From the human T2T-CHM13v2.0 reference genome, Homo sapiens, in the NCBI RefSeq assembly GCF_009914755.1, contig NC_060944.1: DNA of 64,000 bases; one strand, written 5' to 3'. Position numbers and translations under genes: made by a program. Shown here piece after piece: positions 45,410 to 58,539 of the stretch; positions within the stretch are counted from its first letter, which is position 1, and every line of letters starts with the position of its first letter. Under the pieces are notes generated by a model. The model was not told where the DNA came from, ran no database searches, and saw only the letters and a program-made list of their open reading frames with translations.

Positions 45410-46410
45410 TGTAAGATGCCAGCTACAACCAACTGTATGCAAAGCAGTGTTGAACCAAGGGGTGGGGGTGACGGAGCTGTCTGCCCTGTAAGATGCCAGC
45501 TACAACCAACTGTATGCAAACCAGTGTTGAACCAAGGGGTGGGGGTGACGGAGCTGTCTGCCCTGTAAGATGCCAGCTACAACCAACTGTATGCAAACCA
45601 GTGTTGAACCAAGGGGTGGGGGTGACGGAGCTGTCTGCCCTGTAAGATGCCAGCTACAACCAACTGTATGCAAAGCAGTGTTGAACCAAGGGGTGGGGGT
45701 GACGGAGCTGTCTGCCCTGTAAGATGCCAGCTACAACCAACTGTATGCAAACCAGTGTTGAACCAAGGGGTGGGGGTGACGGAGCTGTCTGCCCTGTAAG
45801 ATGCCAGCTACAACCAACTGTATGCAAAGCAGTGTTGAACCAAGGGGTGGGGGTGACGGAGCTGTCTGCCCTGTAAGATGCCAGCTACAACCAACTGTAT
45901 GCAAACCAGTGTTGAACCAAGGGGTGGGGGTGACGGAGCTGTCTGCCCTGTAAGATGCCAGCTACAACCAACTGTATGCAAACCAGTGTTGAACCAAGGG
46001 GTGGGGGTGACGGAGCTGTCTGCCCTGTAAGATGCCAGCTACAACCAACTGTATGCAAACCAGTGTTGAACCAAGGGGTGGGGGTGACGGAGCTGTCTGC
46101 CCTGTAAGATGCCAGCTACAACCAACTGTATGCAAACCAGTGTTGAACCAAGGGGTGGGGGTGACGGAGCTGTCTGCCCTGTAAGATGCCAGCTACAACC
46201 AACTGTATGCAAACCAGTGTTGAACCAAGGGGTGGGGGTGACGGAGCTGTCTGCCCTGTAAGATGCCAGCTACAACCAACTGTATGCAAAGCAGTGTTGA
46301 ACCACGGGGTGGGGGTGACGGAGCTGTCTGCCCTGTAAGATGCCAGCTACAACCAACTGTATGCAAAGCAGTGTTGAACCACGGGGTGGGGGTGACGGAG
46401 CTGTCTGCCC
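45410..46410 (+). repeat. Minisatellite/VNTR, 13 x 77 bp
   Basis: Unit TGTAAGATGCCAGCTACAACCAACTGTATGCAAA[C/G]CAGTGTTGAACCA[A/C]GGGGTGGGGGTGACGGAGCTGTCTGCCC recurs at 45410, 45487, 45564 ... 46334. Confidence 0.98.
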
Positions 46411-46763
46411 TGGTGCAGACAAGGAGTAGGTACATTTGCTGTAGAAAACGTAAAGGCAGTAACAAAACAGACCAAAGGCCAGTCCACTTTTTACTGTCAT
46501 CATTTACCAGCAATTTGAATCAACTTCATTGATAAAATTCTCCACCTGACTAAGGCTGATAGCTCTCACTGTCCCATGCCCACCCCTTGAAAGCCCACTG
46601 ATGCCAAGCACACTGAGGAAAGTGCAATTAATCATGGGCAAAGAGACGAGGGAAACCTCACTCAGGAGGCAACATTGACCTTGTAATCCCACAGAGCTAG
46701 CTGCATTCCACCATGCCTTTGCACATACTGTTTCCTTTTACTGGAACACCTTTTGATCCTTAA

Positions 46764-47061
<298 letters not shown>

Positions 47062-48342
47062 AGTACTTTTTTTTTTTTTTTTTAAACACTAGACAGTGAG
47101 CTCTATAGGGACAGGAACCTGTTCATCTGTGTCTGGCCCACAGTAGGCACTTAGGAATGGGCTGCCACTAAGTAGGCACCTTAAGTGGACACCCTGCACT
47201 ATGGTTCATGGCAGCCCAGCCTATGAAAGTTTATTGATGGAATGAATCTGTAGAAATTTTCCATAATTGGATAAGGGCATTACAAACAGAAGGGACAGAG
47301 CAAGCAAAAGCAGGGAAGACTGAAAGTGCAGAACTTCTCAGTAGAAAGGGCAAATAGCTTTATGCCACAGGCAGTACATCTCAGAGAGGAGTTCCACAGC
47401 CACTAGCTTTAGTGTCATCCAGAATGTAGTCAACATACATGCACTCTTCCTCAGACCTTCTCATCCAGAATCTCTGCAGAAGGGGTTCAAGAATCTGGTT
47501 GTCTCAAGGAAACTTTAGGAACACAAAATTTGGAGAGGCACAGGGCCAGCTGACAAAGGGAGTGATGGACTATAAAGAGGTAAGAGTGCCCTGACTGGGT
47601 TGGGGCTAGGCCAAGAATTCATTCCTTCATTCAGTATTCATTCTGTCTTTCAATAAGTATAGATTGATCCCAGAAGGCACTCAGGTACATATGTGCACAA
47701 GGTAGACATGCTCCCTGTTCCTTTGTCACAGTCTAGTGGAAAGACAGTCATTAAATAAGCAAAGAAATAAACACCTAACATAGTTTCAGGTTATGATTAA
47801 TGCTTTGCAGGAAAAAAAAAAAGCCAGAGAGGGATTAAAGACGGGAGAAGGTTATTTTGGATGGAATGGTCTGGGAAGCCCTCTGTTGAGGATGGTAGGA
47901 GTGAGGGATGAAGCCACTTGAAATGAAGAAGCAAGACATGCAGATATCTGGGAAAAGAGCATTCCAGGAAGAGGAACGCAAAGGCCCAAACAGAACACAT
48001 GAAACAGGGAAACTGGCTGGGAAGCTACTGCAATAGTCTAAGTGTGAGATGCTGGAGGATCAGACCAGAGTGGAAGCAGTGAAGGTGATGGGAAGTGGTC
48101 AGATTCATAATATATTTTGAGAGTGGAGTCAACTAGCGTTGCTGTTGGACCAGATGTAGATGTGAGAGAAGAGGGGGAGCCAAGGTTATTGCACGTATAA
48201 AGGGGATGAGAGGACAGTTGAAGGAGACTGAATCAGAGAGGTACAGGGCTGGCAGGGCTGGGGCAGGAGATGGCAGACCACATGCAGATTCCTGCAGACC
48301 ATGGGGAGGACTTTACTTTTCCATTGAGTGTGACGATTTTGA

Positions 48343-48681
<339 letters not shown>

Positions 48682-49469
48682 TGACTTGTTTTCTAACAGA
48701 ATCTCTCTGGTTGCGGAGTGCAGTACAGACTAGAGAGAGACAGGAATGGAATGGGGCAGTTCTGAGGCTGATGCCAGGCATCCAAGTGAAAGATGACAGG
48801 AGCTTGAACCAGGTTAGTGACTGGGATGGGGAAACTAAATTTATTTGGGTAAAAACAATAAGTGGATTTCATGAAATTTGTTGAAGTAACGGGTGGTAAA
48901 AATCATAAAGGGGGTAGGCAAATAAATGATTGAAATTTGATAGTGGGTCAGGAGCTTCAGCTCTGCGGGCAGCAGTTGTGTCTCCTTGGAGAAGTGGTTT
49001 CAACTCTGAGCCGTTTTGTCATCTGCAAAATGGGGATAATAACGGTCCATACTTCATAGAGTTGTTGAGAGGGTGATGTAAAGGTTTTAGCGCACGATGT
49101 AGCACACAATAAACACTTAATAAATGTTATCTTAGAAGCCAGACTGCCAGGTTCCCATAACCATTTCAGCCGTTCACCGGCTGGCTGTTGTCATCTTGGT
49201 CAAATTATCCCTCTGTGCCTCAGTTTCCTCATCTGTGCAATGAGGCACATTAATCGTTAATATCAACTGCATAGAGTTGGGTTGTGAAGATTAAATAAAT
49301 GAATACAAGTAAAGCGTTTAGAATAATGTGGACGGTAGCAAGCACGGCGAACGTGTTAACGATTATTAAGAATGTATTTTAGCCACATTTCCCAGCCCCT
49401 TCCCCGGCCTAGCATACCCCATTTTGTGGATGGGAAGTCTGCCTCTCAGCAAGGTGGCCTCTTGGAGGA

Positions 49470-50110
49470 CGCTGTGCCCGCGTCAGGCGATCCTGTCGAC
49501 TGCCGCCAAGACCCGGCTTCCGGCTTTGAGGGGCCACGCCCCGCTCGCACTCCCTGGCGGAACCTTTCAGTGCTGCGCTCGCGTTGCCAGCCCGGCGCGC
49601 CTCACGCAGTTGCGCCCGCTGTTGGGACTACTTCCGGCTTCCCCGCCCCGCCCCGTCCCCGGGCGTCTCCATTTTGGTCTCAGGTGTGGACTCGGCAAGA
49701 ACCAGCGCAAGAGGGAAGCGGAGTTATAGCTACCCCGGCCGCGGAGCCGGCTCACTGCACTACCCCCGCCCCCTTCTTTCCTCCAGACGCCGAAGTCGCG
49801 GGCGCTCATGGCGGGCCTGGAGGTACTGTTCGCATCGGCAGCGCCGGCCATCACCTGCAGGCAGGACGCGCTCGTCTGCTTCTTGCATTGGGAAGTGGTG
49901 ACACACGGTTACTGCGGCTTGGGTGTCGGTGACCAGGTACGCCACGGAGCCGGCCAGGGTGGAGGAGGGAACTGTCTTCTGCCCAAACTCAGAGTACCGG
50001 AGGCCTGGTCCAGAGCGCCCGATTTCCCCGCTTCTCCCAGTGCAGGGTCTGGGGCACATGGCAGCGTTGGTAAAACCTGCGGGTCGGAGGTTGCTCACCT
50101 GCCCCATCCC
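49470..50110 (+). promoter_or_regulatory. PSMF1: PSMF1 CpG-island, housekeeping-type promoter and 5'UTR
   Basis: Sharp rise in CpG and GC content. ETS/GABP CTTCCGG at 49517-49523 and ACTTCCGG at 49630-49637, KLF/SP GCCACGCCC at 49533-49541, tandem GC boxes at 49641-49654, YY1-like CCATTTT at 49669-49675. Confidence 0.9.
49808..49936 (+). CDS. PSMF1: PSMF1 (PI31) coding exon 1, aa 1-43
   Basis: ATG at 49808 (ctcATGg) translates to MAGLEVLFASAAPAITCRQDALVCFLHWEVVTHGYCGLGVGDQ, the PI31 N-terminus. 129 nt, phase-0 donor CAG|gtacgc at 49937, inside a CpG island. Confidence 0.98.
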
Positions 50111-53100
50111 AGCCCAGAGTCCCTCACGGCACAGCTGGCACAACATGATTTGTAAACTCAAGGGCGGACACTCGCTTCAACACAGCCTGGCAGCCTCTCA
50201 GGCCAGGACTGTGTGGATCTAGCATTCCATAGAATGGCAAAGAATCTAGACAGGAGTTTAGCTCCCCAGAGCACTTCTCACCCACCTGATCCCCTCTGAA
50301 CTCCTTACCACCCAGCCTCGGGGTGAGGGGACTGACTCAGTTCCGCCCTCATACCACAGTAGAGCCTCCACCAAACATCTGGATCCAAGCACAGGTACAG
50401 GAGTGAGCTTTGACCTACTCAGCCCCAGGCCAGGGCCCTTTTTTCACCCGTTAGCATGGGCCCAGAGAGTTCACACGCCTTTCACCCTTTACTGAAGGGC
50501 CCAGCATAGTCCACTCGCTACTGCCATCCCCAACTCAAGCTCTAGGAAGCAATCACCCCCAGAGTCGTACACACATACACCCTGGGTGTGAGGGTCATAT
50601 AAGATTTTCTCCTCATAGTTGTCCCCATAGGGCCAGCCCCTCTTCTCCCATCCCCAGGCTCCACCTCTTACAGCTAGGGACGTCGTTGTCATCCCCACAG
50701 AGTTCTAGGACTGCTGGACCCAACCCACCTCACTAATTCTTTGCTCTGGCATTCTTCTTTCTTTCCTGTCTCTTCCCTGTGACCCTCATCCCCCACATCC
50801 ACATCATCCTAGACATCTGCTTCCTGGGAGAAGTGGGCCTGCCTCCATGCCTGCCCCTCACTGTCACTGTTCTCTCACTCTCAGAACCAAGACTAGCCAT
50901 GGGAAACAGACCACCCCACCTATTGCATCTTGCCATGAGATTTCACCCTTCCTCTCCTTTTTGACTGCTTCAGTTCTCAACTCCTCTAATCATTTTTTTT
51001 AGCTTCTCAAATAGAGTCTTAATTCTCCCCTCCTGACATAGCTTTAGGGACCTCTCTTCAAACTTGCTTTGTACATTCTGAGCACTTAGACAAGTATCCC
51101 CTTTCCCCCACCCCTCACTGCTGTCCCTATTCCTCTCTGTCTCTTAGAACTAAAGACCAAGACCACCATACCCCTCTCACACTTTACCCCCTCCAGCAGG
51201 AATCAGAACACAAGAACCGTCAGGGATTTCTGGCTCTTTTTTTCCCCAGACCTCAATTATCTCACTGGGACCCCAGGTACACACTCAGGATCCCCATTCC
51301 CACCTCCAAACTCACACATACTTCATCTCTCAAATGGGCTCTAAGACTAGATATGAGGATGGAAAAGAACAGCTAGCCTTTCACACACACATACCTGGAA
51401 GCAGGAATCATTTCACCTTCCCAAACACATCTGTCCCTGACCTTTCTCTTTGTGCTGCTCTTCATTCCACATACCTTCCAAATGTCTTCCAGCATTTCAG
51501 ACCTTGGGACCAGGTAGAGACAGCACCCCCATTTCAGCGTCAGGCCCCTCTTTCAATGCATAGTTCCCCTAACAGAAATCTTGTCTCCCCACTTGTCTTA
51601 CTCCAGCTTTTTAATCTTAAGCAGCTCTTCACTTGCCCCAGTCATTTTATTTCAACTTTTCCTAGATTCTTCAAAGAAACTGGTATGTGGGATGGTGCAG
51701 GGGACAGTGGGGCTGAGAAGAGGAGTAAGATTTGATTTTGACCTGGGATCTCCTCCATTGGCCCTCAGCTCCCCCTGCCCTTTGTCTTGTCCTTCAGATG
51801 GAACAGCTCTGCTTTGCACTCTGTCCCTCCTCATGTACCTCACTCCCCTTACCTACTCCTAGCTAGCTACTTAGACTCTGCCACACTGTCAGAACCCCAT
51901 CCACCTCTGCTGAGGAACTTGTTCTAGAGGGCGTGTCTGATACCCTTCTCTCCTTGCCATTCCACAAATAAATATCAATCACTGTGGATCTGCTCCTACA
52001 TTTCTTACCCTCACTCATGCTGTCTGAATCACTTTGACAGTTTAGGGACATGAGTTCACATAAGTCGATACCTTCTAGCTGGCATTACCACCTTGCCATA
52101 CACTCAAGGCTCCAAAATTTTCAGATGAAATGTACAGAAAGAATACAATCTCATTTTAATAGTTTTTTTTTTTTAAAAAAGGTCCTTGACCAATTCCCCA
52201 AGGTCCATCTAATTTTTCTCTGTTCATGGTGCTATTCGTTGAGCTTCTGCAGGCCAGAAAAAGATGCTGGTTTCAGACATCTTTGGGGAGGCCCAGGAGC
52301 CTGGGGAATTAGGTTTTTGTAAGGCATTGCCACCTTTCCTCTATCTACCCCAGCACTAAATCTTGCATGCCCCCGAAGGAATGAGTGTTTGGATTGCAAA
52401 CTAGAGTGTGGTGTATTTTTGCTTCTCTCTGCCTTTTCTCCTTGATTGCCATTGGGGCTCAGGTTGCACTTGTCCTTCTGTCGCTTCTGCTGAGTCTACT
52501 TTCATTCAGAGTGGAAACTGGAGAGGCATCTTTCCTATTAGTTTATTTAAGAAGAGGTTTAATTTTTCAGCCTGGGGCCAGCCAACTCAGCTGACTCAAT
52601 TGTGTTTTCCAAGCTCAGAGGATATTTGTGTTGCCTCTCCAGCCATCTGCTGTTTCCACCCTTCTGGGGGTGATAAGAAGGAGAGGAAGGTCCCAAGAGT
52701 GTATGCTTGACTATACAAGTTGACAGTTAAATGGAAAGCTAGATTGTCTGCTTTCTCTTAGGTTTTGCTTCCTCTGTTACAGGGGAATTGTGTACATAAA
52801 ACTTGATTAGAAAACCAGTGCAGCCACTGGCTTCAACAAAAATCCAATACTTGAATTTGGATTTCTTTCTTGAAGTCAGAACCACTCCTCACAAGAACTT
52901 TACAGCTTTGTCAAGTGGTTTAGGTGCCAAGGGGATAGGTAAGGGATGACTTAGGTGGTTATCGACATAAGTTAGAGAATTTTGTTTTCTGTTGTGGGAA
53001 ATCTAAGGATTATGATGAAAGAGAGAAAATGCCCAAAATGATCTGTTTAAGTTTCTTTGGGTGAATTTTAGTTCAGAGGCATTGGGGCAAATTCATGGCC

Positions 53101-53301
53101 ATTAAAGAATGCTTCCAGTGCCAGGATTTTGCCTAAGAAGACAATTATCTTTATTCTCTTAGGGCCAGTCTTGTGGACCTGGCTGGGAAAAACCTTCTCT
53201 AGCCATAGCCTGGGCAATCAGGAGCTCTGAATTCCAAGCACAGCCCTACACCTGACTTGCTGAGACCTTGGGCAGCTCTCTGACCATCTCAGGCCTTAGA
53301 G

Positions 53302-53628
53302 TTTTCTTTTCTTTTTCTTTTTCTTTTCTTTTTTTTTTTTTTTTAATCCGAGATGTCTCACTCTGTCACTCAGGCTAGAGTGCAGTGGTGCTATCTTGGC
53401 TCACTGTAACCTCTGCCTCCTGGGTTCAGGCAATTCTGCCCCAGCATCCTCAGTAGCTGGGATTACAGGTCCCCGCCACCATGCCTGGCTAATTTTTTTT
53501 GTATTTTTAGTAGAGACAGGGTTTCACCATGTTTGCCAGGCTGGTCTCGAACTCCTGAATGCAAGTGATCTGCCTGCCTCTGCCTCCCAAAGGGCTGGGA
53601 TTACAGGCAAGAGCCACCGCGCTCAGCC
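53302..53628 (-). mobile_element. AluS in PSMF1 intron 1
   Basis: Antisense dimer, TSD TCAGGCCTT. Confidence 0.93.
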
Positions 53629-56528
53629 TCAGGCCTTTGATTTTTCATCAGAGGAAGTTAAACCACGTGACTGTGTACTTAGGCTACTTTCCAACTGTGG
53701 CTTTCTGGGACTCTTGATATTTGATGTCAGGGTTTACAGGGCAGTTGCAGACCATGTTTGGCCTGATATCGCCAGGGTCTGTCCTCTGTTTACTGGGGAA
53801 CATCAATTGCACTGCAGTTAGAGATATCAGTTTCACCTGACTTCAGGGATTTTCTGTAACTCTGGAAGCCAAAGGTGATGGGGTGGTGAGCAGACCAAAT
53901 TGTTTATATTCCAAGAGAGAACTCTGGTGGATTGAATGCTGTACATGGAGGATATAATATAAATTTAAAGGCGTTTGCCAGAGCAAAGATGAGGATGTCA
54001 TCAAATTCCTGGCTTCCAAAGTAAACAAATCCACGACACTAAACACTAAACATATTCGGGAAATTTACCCAGTTTGGGGTGAGGGGATAGTTTCTTTTTC
54101 GCAGAAGAATGGTTTGATTAGTTTTACTTTTGTTTTTCCTCACTCTCATTTCTATGCTTCAGGCCTATGAATTTCATTGTCATCCAGCCAGGTTTTAAAC
54201 CATGACAGTTGCGACATCCTGAATTTTATTTGGGATCTCTTTCCCCAGAGGATTTCTGAGCACCAGGGGTGACGAAACAGGAGAGGCCAGCAATTCTCAA
54301 TGTGTGGTCTCCCCTTGTCCTTGGTGTGTGAAGTTTTGCTTTGCTGGACCTTTGTCTTTTCCATTTTCTTCATCTCCGGTCCCACTCCCTCCCGCTGTAT
54401 TCTCATGACTACAGATCTTCCCAGTCCACCTGCCCCATGGTGAGCAATATAAATATACATCCATGAAAAAAGATTATAGCATTTTTTTGTGCTTTTTAAA
54501 ATTTTTACATAAGTGGTACTGGAGTGTAAACCTCATTTTTTGGGGAACTTTTCTTTAAATCATATTTTTTCTTTTATATATAATACTATCATTAGATCTG
54601 GTTTATTCCTTCTGACTGCTATATAGTATTCCACTATAAGCATATTTTGCATTTTATCTCCACTTTTGCTACCTTAGCCAAGGCTATAATGAAGATCCTT
54701 TGTTATGTACCCTGTGCACAGGGTTTCTTCTGGGAGTAGGGATTTTGGATCATAGGATATTGGCTCATCTAATTGCACTAAAAACTGTCAGATTGCTCCC
54801 CGAAGGGGCTGTGCAAGTTTAAATGCCCACCAGCAGGGACTGGAGGTTCCCATTCTCCCCACACCTACACAGACATCTTGCAAAAAATAGAAAACTGGGT
54901 AATAACAGTCCGAATCATGTAACTTAGTGTCTCATTATTTCAGTTCTGCTTCTCTGATTGCTAGTAAAATTGAATAACTCTTTAGACACTATTAGCCGCT
55001 CTTTTTCTTGTTCATATCTTTTGCCACTTTTTGGAGTTCCCAATTGTTATTGTTCATTTTCCAGGCATTCCCTTTATGTAGAGGTTATTAATTTCTTTCC
55101 TTTGCAGCCATGGCAAATGTCTCTTCCTAGCCTGTGGCTCCTTATTAATTTAGTAGTGTCTCTGTAGAACAGAAGCTTTCAATTATGAACAGTGTCAAAG
55201 GCAGCATTTTCTTTTATGGATCTTGTTTAAGAAATCTTCCCCACCTAGAAATCACTATATTATTTTTCCTGTAGAAATAATTTGAGAACTATTTCTCAAA
55301 CTTTAGTATGGAAAGTCTTAGGATTTTTAAAAAAGAAAAGAGGAAGACATCACAACTCACAATAAAAGATGTATTTTACACCCACCAGGCTGACAAGCAT
55401 GAAAATGGCAAGCATTTTACCCCTACTAGATTGGCAAGCAATAATAGCAATGTTGCCAACTACACGGAGCAACAGGAGCTTTCATACATTGCTAGTGGGA
55501 GTATAAATCAGTAACTCTTTAGAAAACAATTTGACTTTATCTTATAAATTAAAAGCTTTTCCTCCATGCATACTGTATAGAAATTTATCCACATGTGTAC
55601 CAGATGTGTACAAGAATGTTCATAGCAGCATTGTTTATAATAGCAAAACAAATAAGCTGGAAATACTCCAAATCACCATCAACAAGTAGATGTATAAATT
55701 GCAGCATAGTCATACAGAATGCTGTGTAGCTGTGAATGTGAATCAGCTGTAGTTAAATGCATTGACATGGATACATTTCCAAAAACTATCAAATAAAAAA
55801 GGCAAATGACGGAAGTGATGCTGTGTATTTAAAATTCAAAAACATTTGAAGCTATATTTTTATGGTTGCATGTATAGTAATATAACTCTAAGGAAAAGTA
55901 AAGAAATTGTTTAAGAGTGGTGATTACCCTTGAAGGGGAAGGAGGGACATTTATTGGAGTATGCTACCCAAGGCTTTAGCAGTATTGCTGATGTTCTATT
56001 TCTTAAGCTGGTGGTAGAGACATTTTATAATTCTTTGTTATTTGTACATGTGCTACATTTTGTGTATTATGAAATTATAATTTTTGTACATCACTGCAGT
56101 CAGTTAGCGTGTATTCGGATCTGTGTTTTTAGTCAACACCTTGGTAATCCTATTGAAGTTAGCCTAACGTCCAAACTTTGAAAAACACTACTTAGAACTT
56201 CGCAGTGTTCCTCAAGATGACTGGCTTTATTCTTAGCAGTGGGATGGGGAAGAGATAATTATTAAACCAACACTGCAGATTCTTGACAGGTTCCAGTGCT
56301 GTGTCAGAAAGGTAGCTCAATATGAGGGAGAGCGCAGTAGAACAGAAGCCCAGAGACCTGGGCCCTAGACCTCTCTCTCGCTGTAGGATCTTGGGCAAGT
56401 CATTTCTCTTGACCTCCACATCTTCATCTGTGAAGTGAGGTGGGTAAGATTAGCTTATCTCGTGAGGTTCTTTATAGTTCTGTGTTTTGAGTTCATGATC
56501 TTTCTCCTCTCAACTGTGGTCTTCCCAG

Positions 56529-56681
56529 CCGGGTCCCAATGATAAGAAGTCAGAACTGCTGCCAGCTGGGTGGAACAACAATAAAGACCTGTATGTCCTC
56601 CGGTATGAGTATAAGGATGGGTCCAGAAAGCTCCTTGTGAAAGCCATCACCGTGGAGAGCAGCATGATCCTCAATGTGCTG
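56529..56681 (+). CDS. PSMF1: PSMF1 coding exon 2, aa 44-94 (FP domain)
   Basis: Acceptor tcttcccag|CCG and donor CTG|gtgagt. 153 nt, translating to PGPNDKKSELLPAGWNNNKDLYVLRYEYKDGSRKLLVKAITVESSMILNVL, in frame with exon 1. Confidence 0.98.
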
Positions 56682-57586
56682 GTGAGTCTCTGGGACACGT
56701 GAGTCTGCTGATGAGATGGGGATAGGAATGGCTGTTTTGAAACCCATTTAACGGTACGAATCCAGAGCTTCAATGTTCATGTAGCCCTTACCTAGTGATC
56801 CCACTTCTGGAACTTTATCTTAAGGTGAGAACCCTAAGTATAGAAAACCTTCGTGCACAAAGGTATCCACCACCTGGAATTAAGAAGGAGGGGCTTTCTG
56901 TCAACAGGGGAATGGTTAAATAAGGTAAATCTATTCAGTGACAAGATAGAAGGGAAAAACTTAGGTAACCCCAATGGGCTACTTCAGTTCCTTAAATAAA
57001 TTGAATTCTTTGCTGCCTTGGAGCCCTTGCACTTTACATTTCCTATGCTGGAAGGCTCTTCCCCTCCCCCATCTGCCACTCACACAGCCCTTCACCATTC
57101 CTTCATCCTGGACAATTCTCTTTCATTTTTGACTTCCTCAAAAATTTCAGTTCTGACTACCCAGTCCTACTCCCCAAAAAAATCTAAATTATGTCTCTTT
57201 ACGCCATCATTTTATTTTCCTGCCTGACACTCATTGCAGCTTGTAATTGTGTACTTATTTGTGCTTTGCTTTTATTCTGCCATGGGACTATAAGTGCCAC
57301 AAGGACAGTGACTTTCCTTTTGTTAACTTTTGTCTTAGTGGTTTGGGTGTGACCATGTAGAAGTATCCTGCTGTATGTATTATACTGCACTTTGCTTTTT
57401 TTTCACTCGGTGTTTTGGAGGCAAGACCTTGACATGGAAATACATATAGATATACCTTATTTGTTTTAACTATTATATAGTTTCTCATAGCACCATAATT
57501 TCTTTATTCCTTTCCCTTTTGATGAACATTTAGATCTCGTGTCAGATAGGGTTCTTGGTTTCAAACAACAAAAACCTCTTGGGTTA

Positions 57587-57956
<370 letters not shown>

Positions 57957-58456
57957 TTAAGGCTAGGTTTCCAGAAGCAGTGTCCCAAATCATGCCCCGG
58001 AAACCACTGCTGCCACCACCACTGCCCAGTATTAGATACTGGCTGATTCTGTCTGCCCTGGTGCACCCTTCTCTTAAGCTGCTGATGTGACCCCCTGGCC
58101 TCTGTGCTACCCTCATTAGCAAGATGTCTGCCCCTTGCTGGGTCTGCATCTCCGTGTTGCTCACCTGCAGATCAAAGTTGATGCATCAGTTCAACACCTC
58201 AATTACCATGCCTGAGCCCTTTTGCAAAAGAGCCTGGGAAGTAGGTGTTTTAGTCTCTGCCTTGGAAAGGCAATATTCCTAAATCAGAGAAGTCTCCAAG
58301 CCTTAGGAAGGTATTTCATATAAACAGTCCTTATATATGTCTCTGTGGACATATGTGAATATTTCTTTAGGTTGAAGACTTTGTTACTCTCCCTTCACCC
58401 TCCCACTCTTAGCCAGAAATATCCCAGTCTCTCACTTTCTATTTTCACCCATCTAG

Positions 58457-58539
58457 GAATATGGCTCACAGCAAGTGGCAGACTTGACCCTGAACTTGGA
58501 TGATTATATCGATGCAGAACACCTGGGTGACTTCCACAG
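58457..58539 (+). CDS. PSMF1: PSMF1 coding exon 3, aa 95-122
   Basis: Acceptor ttttcacccatctag|GAA and donor CACAG|gtactt. 83 nt, translating to EYGSQQVADLTLNLDDYIDAEHLGDFH(R). The gene continues past the window end. Confidence 0.97.

Noticed and set aside
45455-45480. G-quadruplex in the VNTR unit
   Set aside because: Only two long G-runs per 77 bp, not a canonical four-tract G4.
45410-46532. VNTR read as a CRISPR-like array or coding repeat (ORFs 46193-46513, 46263-46532, 46270-46503)
   Set aside because: Units are contiguous with no unique spacers, the context is eukaryotic, and the 77-bp period shifts frame and hits stops.
49372-49932. 186-aa ORF and other overlapping ORFs over the CpG island
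   Set aside because: GC-rich sequence is depleted of stop codons. These ORFs are not in the PSMF1 frame and resemble no protein I recognise.
49937-50155. Extension of the PSMF1 exon 1 ORF to 115 aa
   Set aside because: Read-through into intron 1 beyond the donor at 49937.
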